64,000 bases of DNA from Candidatus Dojkabacteria bacterium (lineage in GTDB: Bacteria > Patescibacteriota > Dojkabacteria > J137): NCBI GenBank assembly GCA_030834985.1, contig JAUQWV010000007.1, positions 4,321 through 68,320 on the forward strand, written 5' to 3'. The translations under genes were made by a program, and so were the position numbers. This document shows positions 1 through 8,079 of the stretch, one piece after another; positions within the stretch are counted from its first letter, which is position 1, and each line of letters opens with the position of its first letter. The notes below the pieces were generated by a model, which worked only from the letters and a program-made list of their open reading frames with translations, ran no database searches and was not told where the DNA came from.

Positions 1-440
1 TAGTTTTGATTCTATACATAATATTTAATATAAGTTATGTAACTACGGCAAATCCAATAGGTGCTATTAGCGATAAACTTGGTCATAAAAAATCAATGAT
101 TGCAGGTATGTTGTTCTTTGCTGTGGTATATGGATTATTTGCTTATAATTTAACTCTGCCGATGATAATAATTACATTTATCTGCTGGGGAATTTTCATG
201 ACAATTTACGACAATGTAAGTAAAGCCTGGTTATCTTTATATATTCCTAAAGAGTATAAAGCAACAGGAATTGGCTTACTGGTTACTTTAATGGGAATAG
301 GAACCTTTTTTGGAAATATGATTATGGGCTCTTTGATAGATTCATTTAATTCAAGTGTAGCATTCTCACTAGTGTCGATTGCTAGCTTATTCGTTCTAGC
401 TTACTTCTTGTTCGGTAAATTCAAAGATATAAAAATCTAA
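1..440 (+). CDS. MFS-type transporter, C-terminal fragment (5' end outside window)
   Basis: Open frame runs from the window edge to TAA at 438-440. The product is polytopic and hydrophobic (…GIGLLVTLMGIGTFFGNMIMGSLIDSF…), typical of the last MFS helices. Confidence 0.55.
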   Translation, partial: VLILYIIFNISYVTTANPIGAISDKLGHKKSMIAGMLFFAVVYGLFAYNLTLPMIIITFICWGIFMTIYDNVSKAWLSLYIPKEYKATGIGLLVTLMGIGTFFGNMIMGSLIDSFNSSVAFSLVSIASLFVLAYFLFGKFKDIKI

Positions 441-461
441 GAACTGAAGAATAGAGTAAGT

Positions 462-479
462 GGGGGCTTTTCAGCCCCC
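462..479. terminator. GC hairpin GGGGGC-N6-GCCCCC between convergent genes; no clear U-tract
   Basis: Perfect 6-bp G/C stem read directly from the sequence. It overlaps the stop codon of the minus-strand ORF 471-749. Confidence 0.35.
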
Positions 480-749
480 CGCTCTAGCACGGTGTCGTCG
501 CGCATTCTCTGCGTTTGCGCGTCGTACTTTCGTGTCGAGCTTCCATAGTGGGCGGGCTAACAAGATCTGTACCGCGATAAAGCCATCCCAAAAGGCAAGG
601 GACAACTCCCATCGTTGGTCCATCCAATTATGGACCATTATTATTGGTGCTACCACCAGTAATAAAAGGTTCGGCCAGCTCAAGTACATCCACGCCGTAA
701 ACAATAAGAAAGAGGCTACTATTTTAACGATTTTGATTAACCGCTTCAT
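471..749 (-). CDS. small GC-rich membrane protein (92 aa, 2 TM, Arg-rich C-tail), compositionally foreign
   Basis: AGGAGG lies 4 nt upstream of the ATG (revcomp of 750-760). Two hydrophobic helices. GC3-rich codons in a roughly 55% GC island. The plus-strand ORF 460-786 has no SD and is Arg/Ser-rich, so it looks spurious. Confidence 0.55.
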   Translation of the reverse strand: MKRLIKIVKIVASFLLFTAWMYLSWPNLLLLVVAPIIMVHNWMDQRWELSLAFWDGFIAVQILLARPLWKLDTKVRRANAENARRHRARAGG

Positions 750-790
750 GACACCTCCTGTTTATCGTTATCTGATTTTAACATGATTAA

Positions 791-819
791 TTGACTTGGC
801 TTTAAATAAGTTTTAAACT
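791..819 (+). promoter_or_regulatory. sigma70-like promoter TTGACT-17-TAAACT upstream of 849 gene
   Basis: Hexamers and spacing read directly from the sequence. Confidence 0.3.
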
Positions 820-848
820 CAGAATATTAAATTGTTAGAAATATAAAT

Positions 849-1397
849 ATGAGCGAAGTTAGTCCTGCGGTGGCACCTTCGGCACCTTTAGCGCCTTCTG
901 CTCCTTCAGCAGAGCTTTTTCCTAAACCAGTAGTTAAGGGAGGAATAACATTTGGAGCAGTTTCAGCTGTTTTAAACTTTCTAGGTATTATTCCTGTATT
1001 AGGCTTCTTTTTTGGCCTACTTAATTGGTTAGTTGGCATTATGGCTGGTTATACAGTAGTTTACGCAACAAATGGTAAAAAAGAGAATTTAGGTGATGTA
1101 ATAAAGAACTCTGTTGTAACAGGAGTAATAGCTGGTCTTGTCTCTGGCGTAGCTAGCGGATTAGCTTCAATTATTAATGGATTATTTATTTCAAGAATAA
1201 GCTTTTTTGGAGTTTACTATACTCCAGGCTTAGCAGACTTTATCTCTTGGTTCTTTGGAGCATTAGTGTGGTCTGTAGTTGGAATGGTAATTTGGAGTGT
1301 TATTGGAGGAATTATTGTAGTGTATTATGAGCCATCCAAACTCCCTGAATCATTAAGAGTTCAGATAGATAAATTAAAAGCTTTTGTAACTAAATAA
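849..1397 (+). CDS. hypothetical polytopic membrane protein with N-terminal Ala/Pro/Ser repeat
   Basis: ATG start. N-terminus SAPLAPSAPSA is encoded by tandem gcaccttc(g/a)gc units. Several Gly/Val-rich TM segments. Confidence 0.6.
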   Translation: MSEVSPAVAPSAPLAPSAPSAELFPKPVVKGGITFGAVSAVLNFLGIIPVLGFFFGLLNWLVGIMAGYTVVYATNGKKENLGDVIKNSVVTGVIAGLVSGVASGLASIINGLFISRISFFGVYYTPGLADFISWFFGALVWSVVGMVIWSVIGGIIVVYYEPSKLPESLRVQIDKLKAFVTK

Positions 1398-1448
1398 AAA
1401 TAGAAAGTCTGTAAAGATTTTGTAAAGTAAAAAAGATAGCATTTCGAT

Positions 1449-3227
1449 ATGAAAGCTATCTTTTTTATTATCTTACTAACAGCACTTTGCTTTTTAATGC
1501 CGGTACCTTTGTTGTTTAGTTCTGGTATAAATAATATTGAAATTACAGAAGTATTACCCGATGCTGTTGGTGCAGATGGCGGTAAAGAATACTTTGAAAT
1601 ATTCAATAATAACTTTACCGCCGTCACATTAAACGGCTGGTACATAACTAATTCAAATCAAAGCGGTAGCTCTAAAAGAATAAACCTGCCTCAATTAACT
1701 ATCAATGCGCTTGGGTATTTTGTGATTGCAGAGGATCTGTCACTTCTTGGATTAAGTAATAATGTGGGCATTAGTCTTGGTTCAGCAAAATTAGCGCTAT
1801 ATAATGATTTTGGTCAAGTTAATTTATTTAATTCCGCTGGACTTTTACAGTCGGAGTTTAATTATGGTGATTCAAAAGAAGGCGTAAGCTGGGAATTAGA
1901 TGGCCCCCTGTGTAGTAAGATTGTTCAATCTGTAAATAATACAGCCGGCCAGCACAATGGAAACTTTTCAAGTGACTGCTGGCCGGCTCCAGGAGAAGCT
2001 AATAGTCCATCTGTACCTAATTCGTATCCATCAACTCCAATAGATGATAATAGTAGTGAAATATCAAAAGATATTTTAATTTCAGAAGTTTATCCAAGTC
2101 CTGCTGCTGGTGATAAAGAATGGATAGAGATTTTTAATTACGGTAGCTCTTCAATTAATTTGAAAGACTATTTTATTGAAGAGAAAACTTCTTCAGGGAT
2201 ATCAAATCGTAAAAGCAAGCTGAAAGATCAGATAATAGAACCAAATACTCATTATGTTTTATACGGTAATGAGTTTAGTATAAGTTTAAATAATTCTGGT
2301 GATTCAGTTTATATATTTGATATTAATGGCAACTTAATAGATGAATTTACTTATTTAGAAACGACAAAATCAAAATCAGCCGGGAGACAGTACACAAATA
2401 ATGAATACAGTGTGAATGTAATAAAAGATTTAACTCCAACTCCGCTTGATTTTAACAAGCCTAAATTGTCTGCTACTATTAACGCTATTGCAGATATTCC
2501 AGTTGTACAGTTAAGCCAAATTCAAGATCTAAAATCAGGGCTAAATGTAATTTTATATGTACAAATAAACAACTTTATTGATAAGAGCGTCTTTTTAGAA
2601 GATAGTGGTGGTGCAATGAAAGTAAAAGCTACTAATGTATTAGATTTTGACTTAATAAATACCAAAGTTAAACTTGCTGCTAAAATTACATCATCAAGTG
2701 GTATTAAAAATTTACTAGTCGATACTACAACAATTGAAATTATTGAATTTGTAACTCCACAATATTTGATTTTTGATCCCAACAATCCGGATAGTTTATC
2801 AATTGCAAAGCAAGCAAAGTTGGAAGGTACAGTTGCAGAGGTTTATTCAAATAGAATACGTTTAAATATTTCTGGTAAATTAGTTAGTATTTATACTAAC
2901 GGCTTAATAGTATTTGGAAATGACTTAAAGAATAAAAAGGTTGAAGTATATGGCACTATAGATTTTTACAGAAACACTTACCGTATTATTGCTTCAGATA
3001 TCATAGCGCCTGAGGTGCTAGGTGAACAGCTACCTGCCTCTTATGTATCTCGAGATATAAATCTGCAGTCAAGATTAACCAATGTAGATAGTTCAAATAG
3101 CAATTCAGAAGCTTATCTTGTAATGTTTGGTTATTCTGTTATTGCTTTCATAATTGTTTTGGAAGTAATTAGGAGTCGTAAAAAGATTATTAAATACTTG
3201 AAAGTAAGAACAAAATTTAACTCGTGA
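1449..3227 (+). CDS. secreted/surface protein with two lamin-tail (LTD) domains, OB-fold-like region and C-terminal TM anchor
   Basis: Signal peptide. The LTD motif (EVxPD…G.DGGKEYFEIFN / SEVYPSPAAGDKEWIEIFN) occurs twice. C-terminal hydrophobic segment plus RSRKK. Confidence 0.7.
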   Translation: MKAIFFIILLTALCFLMPVPLLFSSGINNIEITEVLPDAVGADGGKEYFEIFNNNFTAVTLNGWYITNSNQSGSSKRINLPQLTINALGYFVIAEDLSLLGLSNNVGISLGSAKLALYNDFGQVNLFNSAGLLQSEFNYGDSKEGVSWELDGPLCSKIVQSVNNTAGQHNGNFSSDCWPAPGEANSPSVPNSYPSTPIDDNSSEISKDILISEVYPSPAAGDKEWIEIFNYGSSSINLKDYFIEEKTSSGISNRKSKLKDQIIEPNTHYVLYGNEFSISLNNSGDSVYIFDINGNLIDEFTYLETTKSKSAGRQYTNNEYSVNVIKDLTPTPLDFNKPKLSATINAIADIPVVQLSQIQDLKSGLNVILYVQINNFIDKSVFLEDSGGAMKVKATNVLDFDLINTKVKLAAKITSSSGIKNLLVDTTTIEIIEFVTPQYLIFDPNNPDSLSIAKQAKLEGTVAEVYSNRIRLNISGKLVSIYTNGLIVFGNDLKNKKVEVYGTIDFYRNTYRIIASDIIAPEVLGEQLPASYVSRDINLQSRLTNVDSSNSNSEAYLVMFGYSVIAFIIVLEVIRSRKKIIKYLKVRTKFNS

Positions 3228-3240
3228 TAAAATACTAGTC

Positions 3241-3714
3241 ATGGAAATCTATATACAAAATCAAAGGTTTGAATTAGAAATATCAGAAAGAAAATTCCTA
3301 AAGGAAAGAGTTGTGTTAACAACAAATAAAATAGTGATATTTTTATCAGAGGATAGAGTATTGGCTCCTAAAGTAATTTTAAATTCATGGCTTAAAAGTT
3401 ATTCCAAAAGACTAATACTAAAACGTGTGCAGGAACTTGCTGCATTACATAATTTTACTTATAACAGAGTTTCAATAAGAGAGCAAAGTACAAGATGGGG
3501 AAGCTGTTCCAGTGAAAAGAATCTAAATTTTAATTGGAAATTGATTTTAGCGCCACCTGAAATTCTAGATTATGTAATTATTCATGAATTAGCGCATACA
3601 GTTGAACTGAATCACTCTAAGGCATTCTGGAATGTTGTAGAACAAGCAATGCCAAACTATAAAGGATGTCGAATCTGGCTTAGAAAAAATGGAGATTCTT
3701 TAACCATTGATTAA
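3241..3714 (+). CDS. YgjP/DUF45 (M48-like) zinc-dependent hydrolase
   Basis: HELAHTVELNHSKAFW motif (HExxH…NHS), characteristic of the YgjP family. Confidence 0.7.
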   Translation: MEIYIQNQRFELEISERKFLKERVVLTTNKIVIFLSEDRVLAPKVILNSWLKSYSKRLILKRVQELAALHNFTYNRVSIREQSTRWGSCSSEKNLNFNWKLILAPPEILDYVIIHELAHTVELNHSKAFWNVVEQAMPNYKGCRIWLRKNGDSLTID

Positions 3715-3726
3715 ATAGAGAAAATG

Positions 3727-3753
3727 AAGAGGCCCGATTTTATCGGGCCTCTT
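3727..3753. terminator. bidirectional intrinsic terminator (11-bp stem AAGAGGCCCGA/TCGGGCCTCTT, loop TTTTA)
   Basis: Perfect hairpin. U-tract on the minus-strand side (cattttctctattt), A/T-rich on the plus side. Confidence 0.6.
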
Positions 3754-3776
3754 AAATTCATTAATATTTACCAGTT

Positions 3777-5993
3777 TTATTTCTCAGCCTTTCTTTTTAA
3801 TCTTCTTTCTGCTTTGTCTTCGTAAGAAGCTGAGATAGTTTCTACAAAGCTTGATAATAGATTTCTTCTTCCACTTAATTTAAATGCTCCGTAACCTGCA
3901 ACTATAAATAGTGATCCTATTACTAATAATCTAGCATCATCACCAATTGCTGTTTCTGGTATTGTTGGTATTGTGCTACATCCATTTACACAGGTAGATG
4001 CTGTACATCCATTCAATACACATTTGCCAGCCTGGCATGAGTGGTTGCTTGGGCAGTTTAGATCACTTGAGCAAGGTCCACCACATAATGGAGTACATCC
4101 ATTAGCACAAGTTGTTCCTGTACAGCCGTTCAATGTACATTTGTTTCCTATGCAAGAATGATTACTTGGACATTGTTCGTTAGATGAACAAGTAGCACCG
4201 CAAACCGGTCCAACAGGTGTACAAGAGTTATCAGAGCATGCGCCAGGTGTTAAGCAAGCATCAAGTTTACATATTCCAGCATTACATGTATGGCCAGCTG
4301 CACATAAGTTTGTTTCATTACAGCTTGCTCCACAAGCTACTTGTACAGGACAGCTTCCGCCTGCTGCTTGAGCACAATTAGAATTTTCAGACCAGCCCGA
4401 AGGACAACTAGCTCCTTCAAAAGTTTGTTCTTCACAATTATTACCATCTGTTGTTGGAGTGGTACATCTATAACACTGTATTGTTTGTGTGGTTGCACAA
4501 GATAGAGTAGTTACTGTTGATACATTGCTATATAGGTTAGAAATGGCACTGTATGCAACTCTAACATAGTAAGTTCTTGTTGGTTCTAATGTTAAGGGTG
4601 TATCATTTGCGACTCTAGTGAATCCATTAGGTGCAGTTGTTTGATTAACATTATTTGTTTGCTTGTGATAGAAGTTTGGACTTGTAAATGCACTTGTTTC
4701 GCTAATATCAACATAATATTGTCGATTATCACCTGTAATTGAGTTCCAAGAAATTGTTAATTGATTACTACCGTCTACACAGGATGCACTAGCGTTTACG
4801 GTAGGTGTTTCAACTGCACATGCTCCTCCAGGTGCTGCTGTTGCACAATTTGAATTAGTGGTCCAACCTGATGGGCAACTTGTACCTTGAACCGTTTGAG
4901 ATTCGCAAGCATTTCCATCTGTAGTTCCAGTAGTACATCTGTAGCATGTTGTTTGCTCCTGCTGTACAGGACAGCTTCCGCCCGCTGCTTGAGCACAATT
5001 TGAGTTAGTAGTCCAACCCGATGGACAACTAGCTCCCTCAAAATCTTGAGCTTCACAAGCGTTTCCATCTGTATTTGAAGTAGTACATCTATAACATGTT
5101 GTTGTTTGGACTATCATATTACATAGTTGTTGAATTTCAGCTGGTGTTGGGTTTCGACCTTGATATAGCACATAGCTATTTCCTTGGTCTCTACTTACAC
5201 ATTTAGCAGTTGTTAATTGAGCTGCGCCAGGCCCAACGGTAGGAACACAATATGTTGTATTAGTACCACTTGGATTACTTACATTACATGCTGGTCCTAC
5301 AATATATCTACATACAGATTTTCCATCACCGCATAAACCAACACTGGCATTACATGTTTGACCACAAGTTCTTCCTGCAGCACAATCACAGTTTGCACCA
5401 GGAATTGTCTGTCCAACAGGACATAATGCATTTGCACATCTTTTTACTCCGCTTCCTTCATCTCTACATACAACTGTTCCTCCATTTGCAGCAGGATAAC
5501 AATCTGCTGTAGTATTACATAAGCCACCGCATCTTACTTGACCAGTAGTTGGAGGTTGTGTGCTTGTACAATCTCCAGTGTAATAAACAAAGAAGTCTTT
5601 TAAACCGCTAAAATTTGCTCCCTCGAATACATCTATTTGAACAGTAACACCACACCGCTCGCCACCTAATGATTGCGAACTGCTAGGTCCATGTTGCTCA
5701 ACAGGCGTTGCACCGGAGCCACCGCACTGATTATGTCTTCCATTACAAATAAATTTATAAACATATGCACCAGAACAACTTCCTTGTGTACAACCTCGAC
5801 ATTGAGGATCTCTATTACTCCAGCTTGCATTGTTAGTTCCACAAACATTGGTATAACCTGCACCTGTAGCCGCACCTGTTTCTGTTGGTGCTTGACTTTC
5901 TTGAAGCCTAACAGTTACATAAATACTGATTCCTGCTAAAACAACAGTTAATAAGATTAAAATCGCTAACGTGAGTTTTTTTCTGCTAGACAT
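3777..5993 (-). CDS. cysteine-rich modular surface protein (N-terminal signal anchor MSSRKKL…, FN3-like segment, C-terminal TM)
   Basis: A roughly 50-aa Cys module is repeated 3 times (TTCYRCTT..TDGN.CE.Q.F.G.SCPSGW..NSNCA.AAGGSCPV). A second module is repeated twice (CPSNHSC..GKC.LNGCT..TC.NGC). GGAAGGG SD precedes the second ATG (start chosen at 5993). Confidence 0.75.
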   Translation of the reverse strand: MSSRKKLTLAILILLTVVLAGISIYVTVRLQESQAPTETGAATGAGYTNVCGTNNASWSNRDPQCRGCTQGSCSGAYVYKFICNGRHNQCGGSGATPVEQHGPSSSQSLGGERCGVTVQIDVFEGANFSGLKDFFVYYTGDCTSTQPPTTGQVRCGGLCNTTADCYPAANGGTVVCRDEGSGVKRCANALCPVGQTIPGANCDCAAGRTCGQTCNASVGLCGDGKSVCRYIVGPACNVSNPSGTNTTYCVPTVGPGAAQLTTAKCVSRDQGNSYVLYQGRNPTPAEIQQLCNMIVQTTTCYRCTTSNTDGNACEAQDFEGASCPSGWTTNSNCAQAAGGSCPVQQEQTTCYRCTTGTTDGNACESQTVQGTSCPSGWTTNSNCATAAPGGACAVETPTVNASASCVDGSNQLTISWNSITGDNRQYYVDISETSAFTSPNFYHKQTNNVNQTTAPNGFTRVANDTPLTLEPTRTYYVRVAYSAISNLYSNVSTVTTLSCATTQTIQCYRCTTPTTDGNNCEEQTFEGASCPSGWSENSNCAQAAGGSCPVQVACGASCNETNLCAAGHTCNAGICKLDACLTPGACSDNSCTPVGPVCGATCSSNEQCPSNHSCIGNKCTLNGCTGTTCANGCTPLCGGPCSSDLNCPSNHSCQAGKCVLNGCTASTCVNGCSTIPTIPETAIGDDARLLVIGSLFIVAGYGAFKLSGRRNLLSSFVETISASYEDKAERRLKRKAEK

Positions 5994-6047
5994 AAAAATC
6001 CCTTCCAAAAGTAATTTAAACTAGTATTTCAAAAATTAGAATGCATG

Positions 6048-7181
6048 TCAATTTCTAAAATTCTTAATTATTTTTTCTACCTGTTTTTTCCCGATTTCAA
6101 ATCTGAAAAATATTACAGCCAAAATTATAAAAGTAATTCCGATTGTTAAGAATGTTAAATTATCCGTTGCTGCTGTATTAGGTAACTGTCCGGCAGCTCC
6201 TTGTCCATTTGCCTGATTTGGTGTTGTTCCGGTTGTAGTAATTGTGCAAGAGTGTTTTCCTATTAATTCAAAAGAGTTAGCATTATTTTCAGAAACGCTA
6301 GTATCGTAAATAACAGTTGATGTTGTATTGATTCCATTTTGAAAAGTTTCAAGCAGATTAATTGGAATTCTAATTTCGTAATTATAGTTTTTTGATTGTC
6401 CTGATGCGAAAGTACGCTCAGAATCACTTCCTAGCCAGGTAATTCTATTATTACTGAATGTTCCGCCAACACTTACAGTAGTAGGGCTAATTGACTGTAG
6501 ATTAGTATTAAATGTTTCTGTAACTCTATTTATAGTCCCACTTACAGTACTTGTATTAGTTACTGTAACTCTATATCTCAATAGCGCAGTACCATTTGAT
6601 TCGCAAGATGGTGTTACAGAATTTATTATTGAAAATTGTGGCTGGGCAATTTGAATTCCGCCGTTATCTGTTCCAGGTTCTGTGGTATCATCGGGCGCTT
6701 GCGGAGTTTGAGATTGTGGAAACGATAATGGCGGTGTAGTTGTGCAGGCTGTTGCGAATCTTCTAACAGTAGTTCCGCAAGCGCCTAAGGACTTAACGCC
6801 AGAGTTTTCTAATTCTAAATAAAGCTGAATTGTGCCGCAGCTTACATTTTGCAAATAGTCATTTAAGTTTATAGATTGTCCGGCACTCAAGGGACTGCCA
6901 GAAATCTCAATCGGAGTACTACTTATGCATTTTTCACTATCATTTTTTACATCATTACAAAAGTGTACAAAGGCTCTGGCCGGATCGCATACTCCTTCAG
7001 AAACAGTACAAGTATTGGTTAAGTTATCACAATTTGATAAAACAGTAGGAATTTGGGTATCAGTTTGAGTATCTACCGTATCACTTTTTCCTAAAGATAA
7101 CGCTATTAATATTGTAAGCACTGCCAAAATGACAGTAGCAATAATAAGTAATGCAATTATCAGTTTTTTTCTATTAGACAT
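6048..7181 (-). CDS. surface protein with LPNTA sortase-type sorting signal, paralogous N-terminus to 3777-5993
   Basis: N-terminus MSNRKKLIIALLII… parallels MSSRKKLTLAILIL… of the neighbouring gene. C-terminus reads …QLPNTAATDNLTFLTIGITFIILAVIFFRFEIGKK: LPxTA, a hydrophobic stretch, then a basic tail. Confidence 0.7.
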   Translation of the reverse strand: MSNRKKLIIALLIIATVILAVLTILIALSLGKSDTVDTQTDTQIPTVLSNCDNLTNTCTVSEGVCDPARAFVHFCNDVKNDSEKCISSTPIEISGSPLSAGQSINLNDYLQNVSCGTIQLYLELENSGVKSLGACGTTVRRFATACTTTPPLSFPQSQTPQAPDDTTEPGTDNGGIQIAQPQFSIINSVTPSCESNGTALLRYRVTVTNTSTVSGTINRVTETFNTNLQSISPTTVSVGGTFSNNRITWLGSDSERTFASGQSKNYNYEIRIPINLLETFQNGINTTSTVIYDTSVSENNANSFELIGKHSCTITTTGTTPNQANGQGAAGQLPNTAATDNLTFLTIGITFIILAVIFFRFEIGKKQVEKIIKNFRN

Positions 7182-7260
7182 TGAGAAGATTGCTAAACAA
7201 TAAAGTATTGCAAAAATATAACTGGGTGTCAAAATACAGCTCCTCTGTTAAAATTATCCC

Positions 7261-8007
7261 ATGCTTAAAATAAATGATCTAAAAATAACCCTAACTGAAG
7301 ATAAAAAAGAGATAGTTCATGGGGTTAACTTAACCATCAATCCAGGCGAAGTACATCTATTAAATGGGAATAATGGATCGGGAAAAAGTACATTGGTCAA
7401 TGCTTTAATGGGTAATCCAATGTTTGAGATAACCTCTGGAAGTGTAGAGCTGTTAGATGAAGAAATACCTCCTTTTATATTAGAAAAAATTGATGAGGAA
7501 GCTGTACAGGGTAACAAGATAGTTCTTTCGGAGATTGACCCAAATGAAAGATCTTTATTAGGTTTATTTTTGGCTAATCAGTATCCGGTTGAAATACCTG
7601 GGGTCAATTTAATGAATTATTTAAGGCTTATTTATAACTCCAGAAGGCCAAAAGAGGTGCAAGCATCAGTTTTTAAATTTAAAAAACTAGTTGAAGAAAA
7701 AGCAAAAGTAATTAACTATCCTAAGCATTTGCTTACAAGAAATTTGAATGAAGGTTTTTCTGGTGGTGAAAAAAAGAAAACAGAGATACTCCAAATGCTG
7801 GTTCTGGAACCTAAATATATTATGCTAGATGAAATTGACTCTGGATTGGATAGAAACTCAGTAAAGGAAGTTTTTAGCGGACTTGCAGAGTTTAAAAAAG
7901 CTCTTCCAAAAACTTCCTTAATAATCATCACTCACTACGATAGGGTTCAGGAATATATAAAGCCTGATTTTATACATGAAATGAAAGACGGAAACTTAGT
8001 AGTTTAG
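7261..8007 (+). CDS. sufC: Fe-S cluster assembly ATPase SufC
   Basis: Walker A GNNGSGKST. Signature FSGGEKKKTEILQ. Walker B MLDEIDSGLD. Length 248 aa. Confidence 0.85.
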   Translation: MLKINDLKITLTEDKKEIVHGVNLTINPGEVHLLNGNNGSGKSTLVNALMGNPMFEITSGSVELLDEEIPPFILEKIDEEAVQGNKIVLSEIDPNERSLLGLFLANQYPVEIPGVNLMNYLRLIYNSRRPKEVQASVFKFKKLVEEKAKVINYPKHLLTRNLNEGFSGGEKKKTEILQMLVLEPKYIMLDEIDSGLDRNSVKEVFSGLAEFKKALPKTSLIIITHYDRVQEYIKPDFIHEMKDGNLVV

Positions 8008-8079
8008 CACTTGATTTGAAAAAGCAAGGCACTTATACTACGTATAGCACTTTTTTAACTTTTTTTATTTTGTATCTTT

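Noticed and set aside
460-786. Plus-strand 108-aa ORF across GC island #1
   Set aside because: It has a GTG start with no SD and an Arg/Ser-rich low-complexity translation typical of an off-frame in GC-rich DNA. The minus-strand ORF has AGGAGG and TM helices.
3973-5939. Five short ORFs (3973-4161+, 4796-5068-, 5270-5512+, 5666-5875-, 5673-5939+) inside the Cys-rich gene
   Set aside because: They are alternative frames of a long, well-supported CDS. Their His/Leu/Gln-rich translations are frame artefacts of TGT/TGC/ACA-rich DNA.
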